In this document: positions 34,142 to 44,780 of the stretch, in pieces
Numbering within the stretch: the first letter of the stretch is position 1
How the letters are laid out: every line of letters starts with the position of its first letter
NCBI RefSeq assembly: GCF_000143415.4
Contig: NW_003314318.1
Coordinates: forward strand, 806,001 to 870,000
Direction: 5' to 3'
Source: Selaginella moellendorffii
Lineage: Eukaryota > Plantae > Lycopodiophyta
Length of the DNA stretch: 64,000 nt
Program-made: the position numbers and the translations under genes
Notes under the pieces: model-generated
What the model saw: the letters and a program-made list of their open reading frames with translations, nothing else
Database searches by the model: none
What the model was told of the DNA's origin: nothing

Positions 34142-35251
34142 ATGGCGGACACGGAGGCGCTGCGCGTGTGGTTCCAGTCGGTGGATGTGGATCAATCTGG
34201 CTCGATCAACGTGACGGAGCTCCAGGTCTGTGCTCTGGAATGCGCGATCTCGCCAAATTTCGAGCTCGGATTTGAAAATTTTCGCTGCAGGAGGCACTGG
34301 CTGCCGGAAATCTTCGATTCTCCCAGTCCATGGTAGCTCAGATGATCAGGTCAGCTTCCTTGGCGCTAGATCTCTCCAGACAGTGATGCGTGAATTCCTT
34401 TCTCTCTTCTCTCTCCTCACAGAATGTATGACCGGGATCAAAACGGGACAATGTCATTCGAAGGTAGTCTCTTTCTTTGGAAATTCGTTGTCATGATCGA
34501 TCAAATCGTTTGTTTTCTTCTATCCCTGGCAGAGTTCGTGAATCTTCACAAGTTCTTATCCCTGGTAAGAGGAGACTGTTTGTTCTTTTCTCTTTCCCTG
34601 GCTGAAAATTCGGGGAAAAAAAAATCCAAACAAGCTGTGCACTACACCAGGTCCAAAATGCTTTCACAACCAGCAGCAGGTAGTCTCGAGCTCATCTTCT
34701 TCCAGGAAGAACTTCTAGTTCTTACGAGTTCTTCCATCGCTGTTTTTTTTCTTCAGAGGAAGTGGAGTTCTCGGATTGAGTGATATGCACAAGGTACTTT
34801 TGCGTTCTTGTTCTTTGCTGCCAACTTCGCCTTTGATCTTTGCGATAGGCCTTGGCGCAGGCTGGATACGCTCTGGATCAACCATCGTTTTTCATGGCAT
34901 GCCAGGCGAGTACCTTGTAGAATTCCAAGCCATGCTTGCTCACCGCAGGTTTTTTCAGAGCTTCGATCAAAAGCGAACAGGCCAGTTTCGTCTGGACGAT
35001 TTCATCTCGATTTGCATCTACTTGCAATCAGCCAGGTGAAGGATCTCTTCTTCCTCTCGTCTAAAAAACTCTTTCTTTCTTTAACCAGGAACCTCTTTGA
35101 TGCCTTCGACACAACTCGCCAAGGAAGAATCACTCTGGATTTCAATCAATTCGTCTACTGCGGTAAGCTTGGAAGTTTTCCATGGATTGGTTTGGTTCTC
35201 TCGCTCTCATTGTGTGTTTCTTCTTTCTCAGGTGGAAACTTACGAATGTGA
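34142..35251 (+). CDS. Sorcin-like penta-EF-hand calcium-binding protein, multi-exon
   Basis: EF loops DVDQSGSINVTE, DRDQNGTMSFEE, DQKRTGQFRLDD and DTTRQGRITLDF, joined by short introns (one GC-AG at 34906-34958). Confidence 0.9.
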
Positions 35252-35334
35252 AGAACAATAGAGACTTGGAATAAAGCAAAGAAAGAAAGAAAGAAAGAAA
35301 TTTAGGGTTAGGGCAGAGGTGGAAGGAGCTGGGC

Positions 35335-37202
35335 ATGGGAAGAGGAATTAGTCTCCCTGTAGCGTATGGTAGACTGATCGGGGAAGGGCAGTGTAGCACA
35401 CAGGAGGCGGCGCAGCACAGCAAGCAGGAGGAATGGATTTGGGAGTACGCGCTCAAGAACTGCCAGGATTTCTCCATCGCCACGCGCTTGCTGGAAGCGA
35501 TCCCCATCCCCGACACTCCATTCATCAAGAAGCTGGCGATTCTCAAGCTGCTGTCGCTGGACGTGGAGGCCGGGTGCTACGCCGAGAGGGATTTGTTCGC
35601 GCTGCAAGGCCTGGAGCGGCTGGCTAGAGACGAGACTAGGAAGGGGCCGGAAGAAGAAGACGAGGAGGAGGAAAATGTGGGAGTGGTGGATCGAGAAGAA
35701 GGGCAGCAAGGTGGCGACGAGAAAACGAGGAGGCGATGGCGGAGGCGTGAGATGGATTCTATGTGGTCGAAGGTGGGTGTTCTCGTCAAGGCGGAGCTTG
35801 CTTTGCAGCACTTGAGAGACGGGAAAGAGGACTGGGAGGGTTTTACCGACGCTCTGGACAGGCACTGGGGAGATGTGGTCCAGGACACCGAGGAGCCCGA
35901 CTTTTGCCAAGGGAACAACATCAAGTGTGATCTCTGGAGCCTCAAGGCCAACCACAGGCTTTCGAAGTTTATCCTGGCAGAGAACAAGAGGGAGACTGTG
36001 GATGAGCTTGTGAAGCGGTTCTTGGCTCTCGCGTGGGAAGATGTTGGCCAGGTTTTGCTGGAAAAGGTGGACGAGGATATCGCCAATGGACGGTACGTGC
36101 CTGGTGGAGAGAAGCGTCCCCGGGAGTGTGAGGATAACAACGATGGTGGTGCTGATCCAAAGAAGAAGCGAGTGAGGAAGACGCTGCTCGCAAGCTTGGA
36201 TGGAGAAGAAGCAGATATGAGTCGTCCTCCATGGAGTGGTAAGCTCCCTGTTCTTTTTCCTTTTCCTAGTTATAGTTATCTTATGGGACTTTTTCTTCTA
36301 GGCGAATCTGAGAGACCAGTTACGCGAAAGCTAAGACGACGGTGCTACGAGTCAGAGGCTTTGCAGACTCCGGCCGTAGATAAAGCTGTGAACGAGCTAA
36401 AATCCAGTCGGTATAATCTCAGGAAGCAAGTTCGCGATCCTCTTCCAGAGGCGGTCGAGGTTGCACGGAGCTTAAGAGAAGATACGAGCACAGCGAATGG
36501 GTTCTTGAACCAGCAGGGTCGGCCAGATCAACAGCAGCAGGAAGCTCATCCTGATGAGCCACCCCAGCCAAGTGGAAGTGGGAATCGACAGGAAGAGAGA
36601 GCTCAACTGGATGCAAACCTTACTTCGAAGCAGCAAGAGCAACAAGCACAAGCTCTTGGAAATGCGGCTGGCAAAGGGAAAATGAGCATGATGGAACGAA
36701 ACCATACCGCTCGAACTCGTGAGGTAGGCATGTTTTCCATTTTTCTGACAGAGCTCACGGTGACTCTCCAGTGGAACGACGACGACGATGACATTGAGGA
36801 GGACACCTCCCCGTCGGCTTCTAGGCGCGTAAATCTTCCCAGTAGCAGCACAAAGGCACCCTCGCCTTTGCAAAAAATCGAACCAAAAGTCTCTTTGCTT
36901 CGGAGAAGGAAAATCAAGCGGTGGACGGCACGAGAGGAAGAAGCACTTCGGAAAGGAGTGGAAATGTAGTGTTTTTTGTTTATCTCCTTTTTCCTCCACT
37001 GAGCTTTTACGTTTGTTTGCAGCTTTGGGAAAGGTCGCTGGAAGGCCATCTTGCAGAGCAACCTGGACGTATTTGACAATAGGACTGAGGTAATTTTGGT
37101 GGGATTATGTTTTTTTCTCAGAGAAGTGATTGTTTTCAACAGGTTGATCTTAAAGATAAGTGGAGAAACATAGAAAAAGCTGAAGGAATCAAGAGAGATT
37201 GA
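35335..37202 (+). CDS. TRF-like (TRFL) telomere-repeat-binding protein with C-terminal Myb/telobox domain
   Basis: C-terminal RRRKIKRWTAREEEALRKGVE(I)FGKGRWKAILQSNLDVFDNRTEVDLKDKWRN. Conserved-looking WIWEY, VRDPLPEA and SMMERNHTARTRE(W) blocks resemble plant TRFL5/10-type proteins. Confidence 0.88.
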
Positions 37203-37318
37203 GGGATAGTTTGAAAGCATGTACCAATTCTTGTAAAGTTCCAAGTTTTCATGGTATAAAGAGATTCCAAACCTTGAGTTCATCTAATGCTATATATATA
37301 CAAAATCTGTCAGTGCAT

Positions 37319-38774
37319 TTATATGCACAAAACATCATATGGCTCTTTTGTATTCTTGAGCCTGCTGAGATGGAGATAAGCTTGAGTCCCTGAAAAAAAA
37401 AGAATTTTTCTTAGAGTTTTAGAAAGCTTTTGACACGAGAATGTTATACCATAGCCTTCCATGGACGCAAGCTGCAAGTCTCCCCCAAAGTATCTAGCAT
37501 ACAAACGAGTGACTGGCAGTCCATAGCCATATCCAGCCATGGCATCGCTTGGTTGCTCAAGAAATCTGTTCTGGTCCAGCAGTGGAATCTCACCAGTGCT
37601 GTAGAAGTAACTCCAGACCTTTGGAAGCTCACTTCTGGGTATACCACCACCCTCGTCAGATATCTGTAAAACCAGGAGTTTGATGATCAAGTTTGCGGAG
37701 ATTTGATCTGAGTTACCTTGATGGTTACGTCTTCGGTGCCACCAGCGACGATGACTTTCACGGGAGGAGTCTTGGAAGCTGTAGAGAAACGTTCCTGGAC
37801 TGACCGTAAGGAATTCTTTAGCAGCTCAAAGACCATCCAATGCAAATGCGTCGGCACGTAGCTATAAAGGTGCAAGAGATAAGCGCGAGTCAAAACGAGG
37901 AAGAAAACAAAAAGGTTCTATCCTTACGCGAATTTCAAGCCGCTATCGCCAACGACGTGTACGTCTGGAGAGCGGCCGTAGATCCGCGAGCACATCGCCC
38001 GTGCATCGGACGCAGCATTGTGGATCACTTCCATGGGAGAAACTTGCGTGGAGACGAGGCCAATGTAGCCGGGAGGATTTTCCTGGTGGAGTGCTACATG
38101 CTGTCCTGCGAAGGAGAAACCATCCAAAGTTCTTACACAGAGTTCTCTTAGAACAATAGCCAAAGAACGCGTAAAGGAGACTACTTACCGATGAGCATGC
38201 GAATCCCAATCCGGGACAAGAAGAACCGGTTGAGGAACTGGTGAATTTCTGGAAGTTGCGTGGTTGATCCAAGCTCCGCCTTGAGTTCTTGGATGCCCAA
38301 GCCAAGCATTGGAATGACATGGTTGTGTCGTTCTTTCACGTCGTGAATTAGCTGCGTGAACTCGAGCTCGTCGCTGGGGGTCATGATCTCTGGAAATCCG
38401 TGAATTTCTTTGAAAGACTCCACGTACCAATCTCGAACCTGCCGCCGATCAGGAACATTTTCCATTCGGAGTTATTCACGAGAGGAAAAAACGCCATACA
38501 CTTCAAAAAGAGAACTCCAAACCTTTAGAACTGGCGCCTTAGATGAGAGACCAAATGGAAGATTTTCCAGCTCCACGACCTTGTGCGAGAGCCTGACGGG
38601 CAGCTCCCTCCGCAAGAACTGCGCGGCGATGAGGAGATTCTTCTCCGTGGGGAATGCGCCGAAATCCATCATCAGCTTGAGATTGACACCGATCTGATGC
38701 TTGAAACTACACCTGTAGATGTCGTCATAGATGTTCCTAGCGATCTTGTCGGCGACCCGGCGTGTCGCGGCCAT
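37319..38774 (-). CDS. PDK: Mitochondrial pyruvate dehydrogenase kinase, multi-exon
   Basis: AAQFLRRELPVRLSH, VRDWYVESF, FLNRFFLSRIGIRMLIGQH, FELLKNSLR, ISDEGGGIPRS, AMAGYGYGLPVTRLYARYFGGDL. Confidence 0.96.
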
Positions 38775-38959
38775 GGATCAAGCGATTGATCGCCCTAGCC
38801 TAGCAGCAAGCGAAAATAAGATCGATCATTGCGACGATCATTACGAAGGTGCGCGAACCTCCGCCGTCGATCAAAATACAGCATCGCAGCCTTGAGAAAA
38901 ACTAGTGGTTTCAAAACAGTCCACCTGGCATTGTACACAGTTTTGAAGGAATAAGGGAG

Positions 38960-41020
38960 AAAAAGAGTTTCTTCTTAATTTTGCTAAGGAGTTGTGAATG
39001 AATATCATTTCTAGATAAGGGGCAGAACGTTTATGTGATCAGCAACAAGACTAGAGGGACCATGAGTGAACTTGCATTGCATATTTAGTAAGCACAATAA
39101 TTTACCATGCTAATGAAATTGAAAGTGTTTTATTTCCTTAATTGGCCAGAAAAAGAAACTCAATACATGTAATACAAATACATTACGGCTGTGAAACAAA
39201 CCTAATAAATATATGAGCGGTATATTGCTACTCCATCCGAGACCGAGAACAGACTCTAAAGATCAGTCACCTAGCCATTTGATGGAAAGCATCAAGTTTT
39301 AAAGCAGTGACAAACGAGGCAAAAACATTGTTGTTGTTAGTCGTCTTAACTTCCTTCACTTGAAGTACTGCTAAGTAGTCAAAGCATGGCGAGCTCGACT
39401 CTTGAAAGAAAGATAGAAAGGCCAAAGCTGTTGTTTTTGACGGGCTTGCCTTTCTATAGCGAGTCAGCTTGTTGCGCATCGGCTAGGTCCACTCTGCGAG
39501 TTAAAATAAATTATAGGGCAACATACCATTTGTGGCAATGCTATTTGCTATATGTTATCAACATTCTAACAAAAAAAGTCTTAAATCATGTTTGGGAAAA
39601 AAGAAACAGAAAAACAGGAAACGAAGCTTGCCTTCATATATTGAAAAGCAAATGGCAAAACAGATCTATTTAAGAATAATTACACGGATTTGTCAAACTC
39701 AGCACAAAACATTTTCATAGCGACATGGTGAGTGGGACCTTGCCATGATAAAGTCACAGACCTTGGCAGGTTTGTGGAAGTCCTCGAGATCATCGTAAAC
39801 CACTCTGTCGGGAATATAGCGAACATGTATCATGCTACAAGAGAGCATGGCTTTGATCTGCTGCAAGCACTCTGCGATATCCCCGTTGAAGTTGGGACTG
39901 GAGCATGGTAATGGGTGGAAGTTCAGGGAGGTGATTGTGGCACATGCTGTAGTTTGGCTGTCAAAGATTTGCCACCGTGTAAATAAATCTTGGCCAACTC
40001 AGCCACTACCATGCCTTTTACACCTCCATCCTGAGTCCCAGGTGGAACACATCCATCACACCTCAAGCAGCAAAGGGCAGCTGCCACAAATGTTATACAC
40101 CCTCTGCTCCAACCACGAGTCAGGAACTGTGGCACTAGCTGTTATGTGTTTGGCAACGAGGCTTGACAAAAATGCCTTGCCATTCTTTTCACTAAAGTGC
40201 CCCAACTTAATCAGCTTCCACTGCAGAACGTTTGTGTGACTCTGGAACTACTGTTCCAGAAAAAAGTCACCGGAGCTGGACATAATCACCACCATAGTCC
40301 GGTCCTGCTTTGTCATGGCTACAAACCATTCCAGGAGAGTAGCTACATCATTGTTGAACCACTGCTTCAACCTGTCAGCTTCATCGATGATGAAAATTGG
40401 CCTCCTGTGCTGGTTTTCAATCTCCAGGCTCATAAACCAGCCCATGACAGAGCCCAAGTCCTTCTCTGGCTCTTCGTCTGGCAGATGGAGAAAGCTCGAT
40501 GCGTCAACGTCTACGCCCCTGAACGTCAGCCCCAATTGTCTTTAGAAGGGCCGATGACACGCCAAGGAGACAAGAAGCCCAAGTTCGCAGTCTTGCAATC
40601 TGTTTAGCAGCCAGCTCTGGGGTACTGAAGTCCGCAGCCCTCATGTCGATGTAGAAGAGCGGCAACTGGGCTTTGAGCAGACTTCCTAAGGTGCTTGAGA
40701 CTTGCCAGAATTGTTTGGTCCTATCACTACAGCGATGCAGTTGAGGCCTATTTCAATCTGATTGTACCGGACAAACTCATAAAATGATCTAACAAGTGAT
40801 CGTGGCACAGTGGCGCAGTTACAGCTCGTGCAGTGAGAGCAGATTGGTCATTTCTTTGCACCTGTCAAAGAAACCGTCATCGACGTCATCGCCATGTTAA
40901 TAATTCGTGCATAATGTTTGGTTTAACATTTGAGGGTGGGGTTGCTCCCTCTGCTCGCTGGGGAGTGATACCAGGTGCGCGCTCCGCTCTCGTTTGAAGA
41001 TTTCTAGTGCTTTAATTTAG
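38960..41020 (+). repeat. Direct segmental duplication, copy A (copy B at 56362-57770)
   Basis: Colinear blocks shared with copy B, e.g. aaaaagagtttc.cttaattttgctaag, ctcaatacatgtaatacaaatacattacggct, ccagaaaaaagtcaccggagctggacataatcac. Confidence 0.9.
39715..40895 (-). pseudogene. P-loop ATPase (archaeal-ATPase/AAA-like) pseudogene
   Basis: Walker A VVIGPNNSGKS (40698-40721) and Walker B RRPIFIIDEADRL, with multiple stops and frameshifts. Confidence 0.7.
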
Positions 41021-42648
41021 AAATCTCAGGTGGAGTACAATGTTGTGACAGAAAGCAGCAGTATGGATTTGGAGGCTGTTCTGGGATATTGGCTTTCCAC
41101 ATTACATCCATGTGATTAGACCTTAAAACCAAAGGCAAGCTTGTATAAATAAGGGTTTTTTAGGCTTAACATGTTTCACAATGTTCTGATTGTTGTTTCC
41201 TTTCTCGTTCAAGTAGCAGCAAAGTTTGTACGTGTTAAGTGCCAATTCGCTGTCACAGGACCTCCATGTGGTCCAAAAACCTGGCAATTGGTATTGTGTT
41301 TCTCATGTGCCTAGGATGTTGGCCACGGATCCATCCCATGAGATCTGTGTGTCTCTGAGCTCCGGGTATCCTGGACATTCTTGCACTACATATTTGACCG
41401 TTTCCACGGACATGCTGCACACTGGACAAAGTCGGAGGTGGTGATGAGTAGGCAGTGAGCTCCCACCCTGTACCGCACTAGAATGCGTTGCCTCGCAGGG
41501 GAGAGCTAATCATAAAGTGCTGATCTGACCTGTTCTTGTGGATTGATCTCCTGGGGTCATATTTTGTGTGGGCTTCCTGGACCTTGATCCATTTTACAAG
41601 TGCAATGTATGACCAGTCCATGTGAGGATCTTGGGTAGAATGCACATTACAGCACCCCTTTTATTTAGGGTGGGTCCCATTTTCTTATTTGGATTTGCAT
41701 GCCACCTCATTGTTTACATACGCATGGCACGTCATTACTATAAATTAAAGATTGTTCTAGTATATTATTTTTAATTATTTTTAAGTATTTAAAAGTACAA
41801 AATCAAATATACTATCTATTCTACTCAAACAGTATTATCTTGATTGTATAGCTTAATATGACTATATAGAATATTAAATGCATTTTTCTTTCTTTCAATA
41901 TATATTTTTCGCCAAATATATTCTTGAAAGTAAGAACTATATAATCCTTTTGTTGTACTATAGTGAGGAAGAGATCTTTTCACCGCATCAATCAATATTT
42001 CATTGGTTGATGATATCTTTCACATTCTCTCTCTTCTGGAAGAAGATTAACTGTAATACAAAAAGTAAAAGAATTTACTTTACTATTAGTTTTCTCAATA
42101 AGATCAGAAAAAGAAAAAATACTATCTTGAGTATGATCTACATATTTCAATTTAGCCATAATACTAAAAAAAAGAAAATAAGAAAGAAAATATAAAACAC
42201 AATGAGGAAAAACCTAAACCAAGCATAGGTTATATACTTATAAATTATAGCCGTTCATTCACTGGCTAATTATAAAATTATAGTCATTAATATATCTCTT
42301 AACAACAACTAATTTAGAGTTAGTCATTAAACATTTAGGGCACAGTGCCTCCAATGGCTGGTGGTTTAACATGAAGTGGTGGACTGCTAAACTTGAAATG
42401 AACCTTGAGATCCTCAGGAGAAATGCATAATATAGCACCCAGTTGCCCCTTTGCCACACTCACTCCTCGCTTCCTCCATGGCATGCTTGTGTGTCTAAAT
42501 TGGACTTGGCAATGGTCTACAAGTTATTAGTTTTCAGATGTGGGGGATTGTCCTTTGCTAGAACAAGCCTTTCTCCATGATCATGATTCCATATAGTACC
42601 AGGTTAAAACTATATTGCACCATTTCCATTTTGTCCTATTCCTTTTCA

Positions 42649-44358
42649 TGTCTGTGAGACATAAAATCCCTAGGCCCTAAAGTGGAGCCGGAGGGGCGCC
42701 ACGTGGTAGTGGCCGAAGCGAAAGCCAAACGAGTGTAACATGTTTGGACTAAAAGCTCTGCCTTGAAAGGTCGAGAGCGGGAGTGGAACCCCTAACAAAG
42801 TGCTTGAGGAATGAGCACGAAGCGAGCCATAAGCAAGGCTCCAAAAAGGGACCCAAAAAAAGGACTAACACATGACACATGGAAGTGTCCGAGATGGACC
42901 TGAGTTGAAGTCCGAAGTGGAGTCCGAGAAGGACCCCGAGATGGAGTCCGAGGTGGAGTCTGAGATGGACCCAAGATGGACCCGAGATGGAGTCCGAGAT
43001 GGACCCGAGATGGAGTCTGAGATGGAGTTCGAGATGGACCCGAAATGGAGTCCGATATGGACCCAAGATGGAGTCCGAGATGGAGTCTAAGATAGACCCG
43101 AGATGGAGTCCGAGATGGACCCGAGATGGACCCGAGATGGAGTCCGAGATGGAGTCCGAGATGGACCCGAGATGGAGTCCGAAGTCGAGACCGAGACCGG
43201 GACCAAGACCGGGACCGAGACCGAGACCGAGATTGGGACCGAGACCAAGACCGAGGCCGAGGCCGAGACTGAGCCCGAGCCCGAGTCCGAGTCCGAGTCT
43301 GAGTCCGAGTCCGAGTCCGAGTCCGAGTCCGAGTCCAAGTCCGAGTCCGAGTCCAAGTTCGAGTCTGAGAGGGTGAAAGCCCAAAGCGTTCGTCTCCCAG
43401 ACCCTGGGGGGTTTGGTGAGCTCCAAAAGTATAGTAAGGGGGAGGACTGCAGTGGAGCCAGTTTGGCCCAGGAAGGCCGGACCCAATGTTGGGTGATGAG
43501 CTGCCCACTGGGAAGTCCAAAACTAGAATGAACACGGACCGACAAGCAGGGTAGTTTGGTGAAGTGTTCAAGAGCTGGCTCTAGTTCCCCCGGGAGATCA
43601 ATTAGCCGATGCTCCCAGTCCAAGCACTACCTACTTGGATACTTGTCGTGGCTCAACGGAACCTTGCTCTAAGCCCATGGCTAGAGCACCTAAAGGCGAA
43701 AGGTGGGGAGAGTACCCATGAGGCTTGCGTAAGGCCACGGTGTTCCGAAATGTTGTCCCAAAGTCCCAAACGGTGAAAGGGAAGAGGAGTAGGCCTCTAA
43801 TGCAGTGACCAAGGATACGGTCACATGGTGAGGAAGTCCCAAAGGATAGTGGGACTTAGTGGTCAGGCCTACGGGCCTTGATCCAGTGGCAATGTTGGCA
43901 AACACGGCCATGGACGAGAAGGGACTTGGTGGGGACTGGAAAAGAGATGTCGGGAAAGGCTATTCCCCATATCTGCAGGCATCCTAGAGATGCTAAGGAG
44001 TGGATCTGGGATGATCACTCACGGACGGATGGCCTAGTCTTTGAGAAACGAGACTATGATGCTGGTGGCGTTAGACCAAAGGTGTGACCAAGGTGAATGG
44101 GCATGGCCTTAGCGTAACGGGCCAATATGTCGGGGGTACCTTGGGGTGTCGGTCATGGGATTAGACACGTGGAGCACTTGGACCAAGTGCAAAGGTTGAG
44201 TGGCATGGATGCCATTCTCGAGGCTAGCATGCCCCAAGTCCTAATTGGGACTTATGGAGGTTGTGAAAGAGACTCCTCCAAGTGGTCGGAAATGTGGTTA
44301 AGTGACTAAAGTAGAATGGAAAAATTAGTCGCTTACAATGTCATTCATATCCCTGACA
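42649..44358. mobile_element. Probable solo LTR (1710 bp) with 5-bp TSD TTTCA
   Basis: Begins TGTC (42649) and ends GACA (44358). TTTCA is present at 42644-42648 and 44359-44363. No retroelement coding domains. Confidence 0.78.
42888..43370. repeat. Hexamer-based minisatellite (CCGAGA/TGGAGT/TGGACC grading into CCGAGT) inside the solo LTR
   Basis: Directly visible tandem units such as ccgagatggagt, ccgagatggacc and (ccgagt)n. Confidence 0.92.
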
Positions 44359-44380
44359 TTTCAGCTCCCTAGAGCACTAC

Positions 44381-44766
44381 TGTCAAGACCCCTAACAAGA
44401 TTAAGACTAGAAAATGCTAAAGACAAAGAGAAAAGCTAGTGGAAACAAAGAAGAGGTCTTAGACTGGCGTTGATTCAGATTGTAGAGAAATGGAACAAGG
44501 CTAACCTATATATACTATAGGTTGATGAAGCTCCACCACTCTTGGATCGAGGACGGCCTAAATATACCTGAGGTCGAGGAGGCGCCACATCATCATCAGG
44601 AATATGGCTCGAGACTCAGGAATCGGGAAGTGTCTCAAGAGTTAGGAATAGGGAAGTGTCTCGAGAGTCAGGAATAGGGAAGTGTCTCAAGAGTTAGGAA
44701 TGTGGTCTGCAGGTCAGGAATCCGGCGAGAGTCAGGAATGTGGCAAGAATTGGGGGATTCCTGACA
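44381..44766 (-). repeat. 3' LTR (386 bp)
   Basis: Direct repeat of 49601-49977 with about 10 substitutions and a 9-bp indel. Contains about three copies of a 26-bp unit (gagagtcaggaatagggaagtgtctc). Confidence 0.96.
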
Positions 44767-44780
44767 GCACCCCCTCCTCA
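44767..44780 (-). other. Polypurine tract
   Basis: The minus strand reads TGAGGAGGGGGTGC immediately before the 3' LTR. Confidence 0.85.

Noticed and set aside
42749-43623. SR-like, GL-repeat and ES-repeat ORFs; also considered as a CRISPR-like array
   Set aside because: Products of a stop-poor hexamer minisatellite in a solo LTR; no RRM, no unique spacers, no cas genes, eukaryotic context.
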